Shown here: one piece after another, positions 12,141 through 26,012 of the stretch
Layout of the letters: each line of letters begins with the position of its first letter
Numbering within the stretch: the stretch's first letter is position 1
DNA from: Thiotrichales bacterium
Lineage (GTDB): Bacteria; Pseudomonadota; Gammaproteobacteria; Thiomicrospirales; Thiomicrospiraceae
DNA: 32,344 nt
NCBI GenBank assembly: GCA_027036095.1
Contig: JALVTA010000124.1
Span: forward strand, 1 to 32,344
Reading direction: 5' to 3'
Notes under the pieces: generated by a model
Seen by the model: only the letters and a program-made list of their open reading frames with translations
Told to the model about the DNA's origin: nothing
The model's database searches: none
Position numbers and translations under genes: made by a program

Positions 12141-12152
12141 GGGGAACAGAAG

Positions 12153-12773
12153 ATGGCAAGATATATTGGTCCCAAGTGCAAACTGATGCGTCGCGAAGGA
12201 ACCGACCTGTTCCTGAAGAGCGGCATCCGTTCTATTGAATCCAAGTGCAAGATCGATCAGCCGCCGGGCGTTCATGGTGCACGTCGTGGCCGCGTGAGCG
12301 AATACAGCCTGCAGCTGCGTGAAAAGCAGAAGGTTCGCCGCATCTATGGTGTGCTGGAGAAGCAGTTCCGTCGCTATTACAAGGAGGCGGATCGCCGTAA
12401 GGGCTCGACAGGTGTCAATCTGCTGCAGCTGCTGGAACAGCGTCTGGACAACGTAGTCTATCGCATGGGGTTTGCATCTACGCGTGCAGAAGCACGCCAG
12501 CTGGTTTCCCACAAGGCCATTGCCGTAAACGGTCGCACGGTAAATATTCCTTCTTACCAGGTGCAACCGGGTGATGTGGTTTCCGTGCGCGAGAAGGCGC
12601 GTAATCAGGCGCGTATCGCTACTGCCATGGAGATTCATCAGCAGCGTGGTCTGCCTCAGTGGGTTGAGGTGGATCCGAAGAAGTTCGAAGGGGTTTTCAA
12701 GGCTGTGCCGGATCGCTCCGATCTGTCTGCCGATATTCAGGAAAACCTGATTGTGGAGCTGTACTCCAAGTAA
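12153..12773 (+). CDS. rpsD: 30S ribosomal protein S4
   Basis: [31 protein letters not shown]. Confidence 0.99.
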   Translation: MARYIGPKCKLMRREGTDLFLKSGIRSIESKCKIDQPPGVHGARRGRVSEYSLQLREKQKVRRIYGVLEKQFRRYYKEADRRKGSTGVNLLQLLEQRLDNVVYRMGFASTRAEARQLVSHKAIAVNGRTVNIPSYQVQPGDVVSVREKARNQARIATAMEIHQQRGLPQWVEVDPKKFEGVFKAVPDRSDLSADIQENLIVELYSK

Positions 12774-12794
12774 CCCCTAAACGGAGACAATCCG

Positions 12795-13784
12795 ATGCAA
12801 CAGTTTCTGGAGCAAATGCTGACTCCCAGCCTAGTGGACGTGAAGCGCTACAGCGATACACACAGTCGCGTCGTGCTGGAGCCGATGGAGCGTGGTTACG
12901 GCCATACGCTGGGCAATGCGCTGCGCCGTATTCTGCTGTCCTCGATGCCCGGCGCGGCCATTACAGAGGTGCAGATTGATGGCGTTGTGCATGAATACTC
13001 CGTCATTGAAGGCGTGCGCGAGGATGTCCTTGAGATTCTGCTCAACCTCAAGGACGTGGCCATCAAGCTGGGCACGGCTGATGAGGTGGAGCTGACCCTG
13101 AGCAAGGAAGGTCCGGGGGTGGTCACGGCGGGTGACATCCAGCTCACCCACGATGTGGAAGTGGTCAATCCCGACCATGTGATTGCGCATCTGAGCGAAG
13201 GCGCAAAGCTGAACATGCGCATGAAGGTCGAAAAGGGCGTCGGCTACCGTCAGGCGGCCCTTGCTGATGACAGTCATATCGGTGTGCTGCGTCTGGATGC
13301 GGTTTTCAGCCCGATCCGCAATGTCAGCTATGAGGTGGAAGCCGCTCGTGTCGAACAGCGTACCGACCTGGACAAGCTGATCATCGACGTGGAGACCAAT
13401 GGCACCATTGATCCCGAAGATGCCATCAAGCTGGCGGCGACCATCCTGAGTCACCAGCTGAGCGCCTTCGTTGACATGAAGCTGCAGAAGAAGGCGGAGC
13501 CCGAGCCGGTTGAAGAGCCGGATATCGATCCCATCTTCCTGCAGCCTGTGGACGATCTCGAACTGACTGTTCGTTCAGCCAACTGCCTGAAGGCCGAGCA
13601 TATCTACTACATTGGAGATCTGGTCCAGCGCACCGAGCAGAGCCTGCTGAAGACGCCCAATCTGGGCAAGAAGTCTCTGCAGGAGATCAAGGACGTTCTG
13701 GCGCAGCGTGGACTGAGTCTTGGAACCAAGCTGGACAACTGGCCGCCGGCCAGCCTGGCCAATGCCGGCAATGAGTCCGCTTAA
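12795..13784 (+). CDS. rpoA: RNA polymerase subunit alpha
   Basis: [39 protein letters not shown]. Confidence 0.99.
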   Translation: MQQFLEQMLTPSLVDVKRYSDTHSRVVLEPMERGYGHTLGNALRRILLSSMPGAAITEVQIDGVVHEYSVIEGVREDVLEILLNLKDVAIKLGTADEVELTLSKEGPGVVTAGDIQLTHDVEVVNPDHVIAHLSEGAKLNMRMKVEKGVGYRQAALADDSHIGVLRLDAVFSPIRNVSYEVEAARVEQRTDLDKLIIDVETNGTIDPEDAIKLAATILSHQLSAFVDMKLQKKAEPEPVEEPDIDPIFLQPVDDLELTVRSANCLKAEHIYYIGDLVQRTEQSLLKTPNLGKKSLQEIKDVLAQRGLSLGTKLDNWPPASLANAGNESA

Positions 13785-13803
13785 AGCTATAAGGAATTGA
13801 GTC

Positions 13804-14217
13804 ATGCGTCATCGTAAGAGTGGTCGTAAGTTCAATCGTACCAGCGCGCATCGCAAGGCCATGTTCAAGAACATGGCAGCGTCGCTGTTCGAGCATGAAA
13901 TCATTCGAACAACCCTGCCCAAGGCCAAGGAGCTTCGCCGCCATGCGGAGCCGCTCATTACCCTGGCCAAGGAAGACACGGTTGCCAACCGTCGGCTGGC
14001 ATTTGCCCGGCTGGGCAACAACAGCCGCGCACGCGGTGTAGTGACCAAGCTGTTCGAGGAGCTGGGTCCGCGCTACAAGAACCGAAATGGCGGTTACCTG
14101 CGCATTCTCAAGTGTGGTTACCGTCCCGGCGATAATGCGCCCATGGCGTATGTAGAGCTGGTGGACCGTCCGGTTGTCGAGGAGGCGACCGAGTCAGCTG
14201 AGGAAACGGCTGAATAA
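13804..14217 (+). CDS. rplQ: 50S ribosomal protein L17
   Basis: [27 protein letters not shown]. Confidence 0.99.
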   Translation: MRHRKSGRKFNRTSAHRKAMFKNMAASLFEHEIIRTTLPKAKELRRHAEPLITLAKEDTVANRRLAFARLGNNSRARGVVTKLFEELGPRYKNRNGGYLRILKCGYRPGDNAPMAYVELVDRPVVEEATESAEETAE

Positions 14218-14226
14218 GTCTTACAT

Positions 14227-14257
14227 CGAAGCCGGCGCAAGCCGGCTTCGTTCTTTC
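14227..14257 (+). terminator. Intrinsic terminator of the alpha operon
   Basis: CGAAGCCGGC-GCAA-GCCGGCTTCG (10-bp stem, GNRA loop) followed by TTCTTT. Confidence 0.8.
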
Positions 14258-14259
14258 TG

Positions 14260-15018
14260 ATGTCCCGTCTTTTCGATTCCCACATCCATCTGTTCCGTAT
14301 TGCCGACCCGGCGGCCTGTCTGGCGCGTTACAACGCGTTTTCGCTGTCCATTTCGCCTGATGATTGGTCCCATCAGCTTTCGCTTGCCCGGATTCACGCG
14401 GGCAGTGGTCTTCATGTGGGATTGGGGCTCCATCCCTGGCAGGTGCACACTGTCTCGGAAAACTGGCAGGAGCACCTGTCGTCGTTGGAAACCCATCTGC
14501 ACCAGATTTCGTCCCTGCAGGTAGGAGAAATCGGGTTGGACTTCGATCCGCGCACACCGGCAGATCCCGAGCTGCAGAAGCAGGTATTCGAGCAGCATCT
14601 TGATCTGGCCCATCGGTATGATCGTGCCGTCAGCGTGCATGTGCGCAAGGCCTACGATGAGGCACTGGACTTGATGCGTAACTTTCCCGGTCTGCGCATT
14701 TTTCTGCATGGGTTTGGGGGTGGCGCCCAGGTGGCCGAACGCTATCTGGACCATCTGAACTGTGTCATCGGCGTCAACGGTGTCGTTGTCCGTGAGAATG
14801 CCCGCCGCTACCATGCCATGGTGCGTGCAGCAGGGCTGACGCATCTCGTTCTGGAGACGGATGGCCCGTTTGTGTCCCTGCCCGGGCGCGAGCAGTTCAC
14901 CTGTGTGGATATTGAGTCGGTGTGCGCGGCTTTGGCGCGTCTTCTGGACGTGACGCCAGATGAAGTCGCATTGCAGACCCGTGATAATGCCATGAGGATG
15001 CTGAGTCATGCTGAATGA
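14260..15018 (+). CDS. TatD-family metal-dependent hydrolase/DNase
   Basis: DSHIH, GLHPW, VGEIGLDF, HVRKA and LETDGP motifs. Confidence 0.92.
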   Translation: MSRLFDSHIHLFRIADPAACLARYNAFSLSISPDDWSHQLSLARIHAGSGLHVGLGLHPWQVHTVSENWQEHLSSLETHLHQISSLQVGEIGLDFDPRTPADPELQKQVFEQHLDLAHRYDRAVSVHVRKAYDEALDLMRNFPGLRIFLHGFGGGAQVAERYLDHLNCVIGVNGVVVRENARRYHAMVRAAGLTHLVLETDGPFVSLPGREQFTCVDIESVCAALARLLDVTPDEVALQTRDNAMRMLSHAE

Positions 15019-15739
15019 TCCGCTGTTCGAGCGCAGCCGATTGGTTTTTGATGATGCACAGCTGGCACGGCTGACCCGTGCACGGGTGTTGCTGGTCGGT
15101 GTGGGAGGCGTGGGTGGTTTTGTGGCCGAGGCGCTGGCCCGTGCAGGCGTGGGCCGGTTGGTGCTGGTCGATCATGACCGGGTGTCACCTTCCAACCTGA
15201 ACCGGCAGATCGTGGCGCTCCATTCCACGCTGGGCCAGCCCAAGGTCGAGGTCATGGCCCGTCGCATTGCGGATATCAATCGATTTGCGCAAGTGGATGC
15301 CCGGGCCGTCTTTCTGGCACCTGAGGCCATGCCGGCACTTGTGGCTGAAGGCTTTGATGTGGTGGTGGATGCCATCGACAGCCTCAACTGCAAGGCGGCG
15401 CTTGTGGAAGCGGCGTGGAAGGCGGGTGTGCCCGTCTTCAGCAGTATGGGGGCAGGCCGGAGGACAGACCCCACAAAGGCGCGCATCGCCGACCTGATGG
15501 ATACGCATGGCTGCGGGCTGGCACGGCAGATGCGCCAACGGCTACGCAAGCGTGGCGTTGGACGTGGTGTTACCGTGGTCTTTTCCGAGGAACTGCCCGC
15601 ACCGCCGGGGCCTTATGAGGAAATCAAGGGCGCCAGAGGCAGGGTGGTGAATGGCACGGCCAGCTACATGCCGGGACTGTTCGGCCTGGTGCTGGCCGGT
15701 GCCGTCATTCGGTATCTGGCGAGTGTTGAAAAAGAATAG
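15008..15739 (+). CDS. tcdA: tRNA threonylcarbamoyladenosine dehydratase (TcdA/CsdL, ThiF family)
   Basis: GVGGVGG, DHDRVSPSNLNRQ, VVDAID, SSMGAG, VVFSEE. Confidence 0.85.
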   Translation: MLNDPLFERSRLVFDDAQLARLTRARVLLVGVGGVGGFVAEALARAGVGRLVLVDHDRVSPSNLNRQIVALHSTLGQPKVEVMARRIADINRFAQVDARAVFLAPEAMPALVAEGFDVVVDAIDSLNCKAALVEAAWKAGVPVFSSMGAGRRTDPTKARIADLMDTHGCGLARQMRQRLRKRGVGRGVTVVFSEELPAPPGPYEEIKGARGRVVNGTASYMPGLFGLVLAGAVIRYLASVEKE

Positions 15740-15748
15740 GATGGCCTG

Positions 15749-16476
15749 TCAACGCCACTGGCGCTGACGGATCATTTCCGGCACCAGCCGGTGAATGATC
15801 GGATAGGCCTGCTTGATCGTCATGCCGCTTTTGAGTTCCGGACGATAGAGCAGCCGCACCATCAGGCGGTCCAGCGGAGAGAGTTCCTCCTGAATGTCCA
15901 GATCATTGGCGATGGAAGGGCTGACCCAGTCGGCATCGTTGGGCAGTCCGAGGGACTGGGTGAGTTCTTCTACCACACAGCTGTGGAACAGGCCTTTTTC
16001 AAATGCATGGTCGGCGGGGATGATGACCCAGGCGCGTTCAATGGCGTTGCTGGGCTGACGCATGACCAGATAACTGATGCAATTGCTTTCCTGAGAGAGG
16101 CGCACGGCCTGGCGGGCATCGCCGGTAACCTCGGCAATGCGGGCGGCGTAGTCTTTGTCGCGGGTAAGGACGATGGTGAAGTTGGCCTTGTGCTGTGCGG
16201 GCCGAATGTCAAGACCGGTAAGTTGATGCAGGGTGTGGAAGTGATCCCGGATGTCCTCGCGCAGCACCGGCAGGGGGCGCACATGGTCGTAGCGAATGCG
16301 GTAGCGGATGGGCCGGGTCCATTTGCTGAGCCGTTTGAGACCGGCTTCGTATTCATGTTTGAAGGCGATTTCCGCAAAGGCCTTTTCCACATAGTCGGCG
16401 TTTTCCCAGATGCGCTGAAAGCCCGCCATGGCCATGGCGGGCAGTGTAGCCAGCAGTGTCAGCGCAATCAGTCGTT

Positions 16477-16480
<4 letters not shown>
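15749..16480 (-). CDS. Secreted DUF2927-family protein
   Basis: Signal peptide [19 protein letters not shown]; [15 protein letters not shown]...SIAND motif; start overlaps the uvrA stop. Confidence 0.75.
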
Positions 16481-19290
<2,810 letters not shown>

Positions 19291-19324
19291 GACCGCCGTC
19301 GTGGAATGAGTGGGAGAGCCGGAC

Positions 19325-19330
19325 ATTATA
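19325..19330 (-). promoter_or_regulatory. -10 element upstream of uvrA
   Basis: TATAAT on the minus strand 34 nt upstream of the uvrA ATG. Confidence 0.5.
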
Positions 19331-19348
19331 CCCGCCGTCGGCATGGGC

Positions 19349-19769
19349 GACGGGGCCTGCCCCGATTCCGCAGGGGCGTCGCAAAAGCGGCCCGGCACGT
19401 TGCCGCGGCAGGCGGAAAAGGCGTCAGAGACGGGGTCTCCCCCATTTTTGGGGTGTGCCGCCCGAGCGCGCCTGTACCGCACCTGAAAAATACCTGCCAT
19501 AGAGGCGGAAAAGGGGCTGTCACCGCTTCTGCGCTAAAAAGACGGGGTCTCCCCTGGTTTTGGCGGCTGCCATGCCAGCGCGCTGGCGGCGGCGTGGAGA
19601 TAGGGGGCTTGATGGGACCGGATGTCGGTCACATGGGGGCTGAATACGGGGTCTCCCCCATTTTTGCCGGATCGACTGGCTGCGGCGTTGCGGTTGCACC
19701 GTGAAAAGGTCGGAAAAGGGCCGCTTCAGGGCGCTTTCGTGGTAGGGAGCGCGGTCTCCCCCGGTTTTG
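19349..19769 (+). repeat. Array of five 22-bp palindromic direct repeats (consensus GACGGGGTCTCCCCCATTTTTG) with unique spacers
   Basis: Copies at 19349-19370 (degenerate), 19429-19450, 19541-19562, 19645-19666 and 19748-19769. Confidence 0.9.
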
Positions 19770-19835
19770 CGGGATCGGTTTCCGGCGCGTGGGAAGGCGC
19801 CCTTTTTACCCGGCACAGGCGTCGGGTGGGCGGTT

Positions 19836-22175
<2,340 letters not shown>

Positions 22176-22238
22176 AAAAGCCTGTCTTGCTCATAAAAAA
22201 TCCATATCAGGATTTCATGATTTTTTGAATTGGGCTGC

Positions 22239-22268
22239 TTGCATGGCATCAAAGTTCGGGGTTATTAT
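22239..22268 (+). promoter_or_regulatory. Candidate sigma70 promoter for soxCD
   Basis: TTGCAT, 18 bp, TATTAT, preceded by an AT-rich tract. Confidence 0.45.
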
Positions 22269-22376
22269 TCCAAGTCACTCTCGTGCGACCTGAGCGATGG
22301 GGCGGTGCCGTGTCGCCAGGCCAACTGTAAAGTGTTGGTGTTACAGAGCAAGAATACCAATCAAGGAGCACTATCA

Positions 22377-23729
22377 ATGACTGATAAGCGTGTAGAAGAA
22401 AAGGTTGCGCTGCCCACCGAGGAAAGCCGCAACCAGAGCCGCCGCGCCTTTCTGAAAGGCACCGCGGCGGTCGCGGGCGGTGTGCTGTTCACCAAGGCCG
22501 CCTCTGCCGACTATGATCCCAAGAAGGCGGTAGCACCTTACGCGGGCAAGAAGGAAATCACCGAGCCCCTGAAGGATGGCCCTTGGCGCCACCGCTTGGG
22601 CTTCGGTGTGCGCCGTTATCCCTATGGCCAGCCCACACCTGAGGTGAGCTATATTCAGCGTCGCACGCTGGAGTGGCTGACGCCCGACTCCATGGCGTCC
22701 ATCACCATGACACCGCTGCAGTACCTGCACGGCATCATCACCCCCAACGGTCTGCACTTCGAGCGTTTCCACGGCGGCGCACCTTCCATCAAGGCCAAGG
22801 ATCACCGCCTGGTCATTCACGGCCTGGTCGAGCGCCCGCTGATCTTCACCGTTGACGATCTGAAGCGTTTCCCCTCCATCTCCCGCATCCACTTCATCGA
22901 GTGTCCGGCCAACGGCGCGATGGAGTGGAAGGGTGTCCAGCTGAACTCCGTTCAGTGGACCCACGGCATGATGTCCTGCGTGGAGTACACCGGCGTGCGT
23001 CTGTCCGACCTGCTGAAGGAAGCCGGCATCAAGCTGGACAAGGCGCGCTGGATTATCCCGGAAGGTGCAGACGCCTCCGGCATGTCCCGCTCCATTCCGC
23101 TGGAAATCGCCATGGACGATTGCTATGTGGCCTATGCCCAGAACGGTGAGCCGCTGCGTCGCGAGCAGGGTTATCCGATCCGTCTGGTCGTACCCGGCTG
23201 CGAGGCCAACATGTGGGTGAAATATCTGCGTCGCATCAAGGTCTCCGACGTGCCGCTGCAGCACCGCGAGGAAACCTCCAAGTACACCGAGCTGATGCCA
23301 GATGGCACCGCTCAGCGCTTCTCCTGGTACATGGAGCCCAACTCCGTCATTACCTATCCGTCTCCGGACTTCAAGATGCAGGGTCCCGGCCGCTACGTGG
23401 TCCGTGGTCTGGCTTGGTCCGGTCGTGGCAAGGTGGCCCATGTTGATGTCTCTTTTGACGGTGGCAGGAACTGGCACGAAGCGCACTTCACTTCCCCGGT
23501 TCTGGATAAGGCGTGGACCCGCTTTGAGATCGAGTGGGATTGGGACGGCAGTGAAGCTTTCCTGATGAGCCGCGTCACCGACGAGACCGGCTATGTGCAG
23601 CCCACCATGCCGGAAATGCGCGCCGTTGAAGGAACCAACAACGTTTACCACCGTACTGCGATGGTGACATGGCGCGTGCATGCTTGGAACAGCAAAAACA
23701 AGGGGTTGGTAGAAAATGTTCAGTACTAA
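22377..23729 (+). CDS. soxC: Sulfane dehydrogenase molybdoprotein SoxC
   Basis: Tat signal SRRAFLK; GIITPNGLHFERFHGG; Moco-ligand Cys in FIECPANGAMEW; AAGGAG SD before ATG 22377. Confidence 0.93.
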   Translation: MTDKRVEEKVALPTEESRNQSRRAFLKGTAAVAGGVLFTKAASADYDPKKAVAPYAGKKEITEPLKDGPWRHRLGFGVRRYPYGQPTPEVSYIQRRTLEWLTPDSMASITMTPLQYLHGIITPNGLHFERFHGGAPSIKAKDHRLVIHGLVERPLIFTVDDLKRFPSISRIHFIECPANGAMEWKGVQLNSVQWTHGMMSCVEYTGVRLSDLLKEAGIKLDKARWIIPEGADASGMSRSIPLEIAMDDCYVAYAQNGEPLRREQGYPIRLVVPGCEANMWVKYLRRIKVSDVPLQHREETSKYTELMPDGTAQRFSWYMEPNSVITYPSPDFKMQGPGRYVVRGLAWSGRGKVAHVDVSFDGGRNWHEAHFTSPVLDKAWTRFEIEWDWDGSEAFLMSRVTDETGYVQPTMPEMRAVEGTNNVYHRTAMVTWRVHAWNSKNKGLVENVQY

Positions 23730-24783
23730 GAAATCTCTGATTGCGGTGGCCGTAGCGGCCACCATGGCGGCGGGCTCTGCGCTGGCCATGTCTTCCAGCT
23801 CCGGCGGCAAGGCAACCGAGGCCGCTGCGGGCAAGACCGATGGCAAGTGGGCCTCCAACTACCGCGAAATCATCAAGGAGAGCGGTGGCAAGTATCTGGA
23901 CCGTGAGGTGATGGAAAAGATCCTGGGCAAGGATGTCAACTCCCTGCGCGCCAAGCTGGATCCCAACAACCCGTACTCCTTCGAGGTGGATGATGCTATC
24001 GACGGCGGTCCGCACGGCAACAGCCAGTGTAAGGTGCCGCTGGCCTTCACCGAAGTGCGCGACAGCGCAGAGAAACATGAGAAGGCCGACTATGTCGCCT
24101 ATGGCTATGGCAAGCCCATTGCGGAATCTGCCATCAAGCCGTGGGAAATCGACGTCAACGGCGACGGTGACGGCTTCCCAATTCTGCCCGATGACAAGTA
24201 CATGACCGTAGAGAAGGGCGGTAATGTCTATGTTCAGTTCTGCGGCATGTGCCACGGTGAATTCGGTGAAGGCGCCAAGGGCTATCTGCCGCTGGCGGTG
24301 GACGAGGATCTGGTCACGTCCGACTTCCGTGATCCCGCGCCCATGAAGACCATCGGCAACTACTGGCCCTATGCGACCACCATCTTCGACTATGTTCGTC
24401 GCGCCATGCCATTCTGGTCACCCAACTCTCCGGCCATCGGCGATGCGGGCTATTACGGTATCACTGCCTATCTGATCCAGGCCAATGGTATTCCGCTGGA
24501 TGACAATGGCCGTGAGCTGGATGATGAGGACAAGGCAACACCGCAGGTGGTCATGGCTGCCAACAAGTACATGAAGAACCAGGGCAACTTCTTCTGTGAT
24601 CACCGTCCGATCACGCACAACAAGCGTTGCATGAAAGACTGCCCGGATTACCTGGTTGGCGATGGTGCGGGTGATATCCATCACTACCGCGAAGCGCGCA
24701 AACTGCCTGACGGTACGCTGCAGTACAACGTCAACCAGCGTCTGCACGAGACCCCTCCGGGCATCGGCCACAAAGGCTTCTAA
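23716..24783 (+). CDS. soxD: Cytochrome c subunit SoxD (single heme)
   Basis: Sec signal; CGMCH heme site; KTIGNYWPYATTIFDYVRRAMPF; CMKDC; overlaps soxC. Confidence 0.88.
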   Translation: MFSTKKSLIAVAVAATMAAGSALAMSSSSGGKATEAAAGKTDGKWASNYREIIKESGGKYLDREVMEKILGKDVNSLRAKLDPNNPYSFEVDDAIDGGPHGNSQCKVPLAFTEVRDSAEKHEKADYVAYGYGKPIAESAIKPWEIDVNGDGDGFPILPDDKYMTVEKGGNVYVQFCGMCHGEFGEGAKGYLPLAVDEDLVTSDFRDPAPMKTIGNYWPYATTIFDYVRRAMPFWSPNSPAIGDAGYYGITAYLIQANGIPLDDNGRELDDEDKATPQVVMAANKYMKNQGNFFCDHRPITHNKRCMKDCPDYLVGDGAGDIHHYREARKLPDGTLQYNVNQRLHETPPGIGHKGF

Positions 24784-24815
24784 GGTTTGTTGCAAACCTG
24801 AATCTGAACCGTGTC

Positions 24816-24844
24816 AAGCCCGCCTTCTGGCGGGCTTTTCTTTT
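24816..24844 (+). terminator. Intrinsic terminator after soxD
   Basis: AAGCCCGCC-TTCT-GGCGGGCTT followed by TTCTTTT. Confidence 0.85.
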
Positions 24845-24942
24845 GCCACATCCGTGCTAGTTACGCCCTGCTGGATGACGTCAGCGGGAGAGGGAACCCC
24901 TCCAGTCCGGCCATGAGTTGCTGGATCAAGGATTCGTCCGTC

Positions 24943-24970
24943 TTGCATCCTTATCAGTTTTCTCTAAAAT
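24943..24970 (+). promoter_or_regulatory. Candidate sigma70 promoter for moaA
   Basis: TTGCAT (24943-48), 16 bp, TAAAAT (24965-70). Confidence 0.5.
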
Positions 24971-24971
24971 A

Positions 24972-24997
24972 GCGTTATTTCCCGCGGGATATAACGC
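24972..24997. promoter_or_regulatory. 26-bp palindrome, ModE-box-like operator
   Basis: GCGTTATTTCCCGCGGGATATAACGC, one mismatched pair; abuts the moaA ATG. Confidence 0.6.
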
Positions 24998-25996
24998 ATG
25001 GCCGAACTCATCGACCCCTTCAACCGCCGCATCAAGTATCTGCGCGTGTCGGTCACCGACAAGTGCAACTACCGCTGCGGCTACTGCATGCCGCCTGAGG
25101 GCGTGCATCCCGAAGGACGCCACACCGAATATCTGGACGCCGACGAGATCGAACGCATCGTGCGCGCCTTTGCCGAACTGGGCGTCAGAAAGATTCGTCT
25201 GACCGGCGGCGAGCCGCTCATCCGTAAGGACCTGCCCCAGATCGTCCGGCGTATCGGCCGTATTGACGGCATTATCGATCTGGCCCTGTCTACCAATGCC
25301 CACCATCTGGCCCGCCATGCCCGCCAGCTGGCAGAAGACGGCCTCGACCGCATCAACGTCTCCCTCGACTCCCTCAAGCCCGAGCGCTTTGCCGCCATTA
25401 CCCGGGGCGGTGACCTCAACAAGGTGCTTGGCGGTATCGAAGCGGCCCAGCGGGCCGGCCTCAATCCGGTCAAGATCAACATGGTGGTGATGAAAGGCAC
25501 CAATGACGATGAGATCGAAGCCATGGTGGACTTTGCCCGCACCCAGGGCGTGGAAGTGCGCTTTATCGAGACCATGCCCATCGGTCCCGCCGGCATCAGC
25601 GTCATGGACCAGCACTATCCGGCCGAGCAGATCCTCAAGCGGGTGCGGGCGCATGTGGGTGATGAACTCATTCCACTGGCCAGCCGCTCCCACGACGGGC
25701 CGGCACGCAACTTCCGCATCGGAGACAGTGACACGAAAATCGGCGTCATCTCTGCCGTCTCCCAGCACTTCTGCGAGACCTGCAACCGGGTGCGCCTGAC
25801 CGCCCGCGGCGTGCTCGCCCTCTGTCTGGGACAGGAAGACAGCGTCAACCTGCGTGATCCGCTGCGCGAGGGCATCAGCGATGAGGCGCTGAAGGTCCTC
25901 ATTGTTGATGCCATCAAAAAGAAGCCGGAACGGCACCACTTCAACGAGAACATCCACAACATCGAATTCCGCCAGATGGTCAATCTGGGCGGGTGA
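24998..25996 (+). CDS. moaA: GTP 3',8-cyclase
   Basis: LRVSVTDKCNYRCGYCMP radical-SAM motif; FCETCNRVRLT; C-terminal GG. Confidence 0.98.
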   Translation: MAELIDPFNRRIKYLRVSVTDKCNYRCGYCMPPEGVHPEGRHTEYLDADEIERIVRAFAELGVRKIRLTGGEPLIRKDLPQIVRRIGRIDGIIDLALSTNAHHLARHARQLAEDGLDRINVSLDSLKPERFAAITRGGDLNKVLGGIEAAQRAGLNPVKINMVVMKGTNDDEIEAMVDFARTQGVEVRFIETMPIGPAGISVMDQHYPAEQILKRVRAHVGDELIPLASRSHDGPARNFRIGDSDTKIGVISAVSQHFCETCNRVRLTARGVLALCLGQEDSVNLRDPLREGISDEALKVLIVDAIKKKPERHHFNENIHNIEFRQMVNLGG

Positions 25997-26012
25997 GGGC
26001 ACAGGAGAACCG

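Noticed and set aside
12-13454. Long antisense ORFs opposite tuf and ribosomal genes (also 17941-19704, 20842-22041, 22374-23858)
   Set aside because: Shadow ORFs caused by GC-rich codon bias of the real genes.
19291-19500. 70-aa N-terminal extension of UvrA in the ORF track
   Set aside because: It runs through the promoter and repeat array; UvrA homology starts at MLDKIIIRG (19290).
19349-19769. Canonical CRISPR array
   Set aside because: Spacers are 58-90 bp, repeats are degenerate, inverted copies occur elsewhere, and there is no AT-rich leader or cas gene. Kept as an unexplained repeat.
22245-22259. Sigma54 promoter for soxC (TGGCAT-N5-TTCG)
   Set aside because: The -12 GC dinucleotide is absent.
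24845-24997. Moco riboswitch upstream of moaA
   Set aside because: Small hairpins exist but I see no Moco-motif signature, and the likely promoter lies downstream of them. An Infernal search would be decisive.
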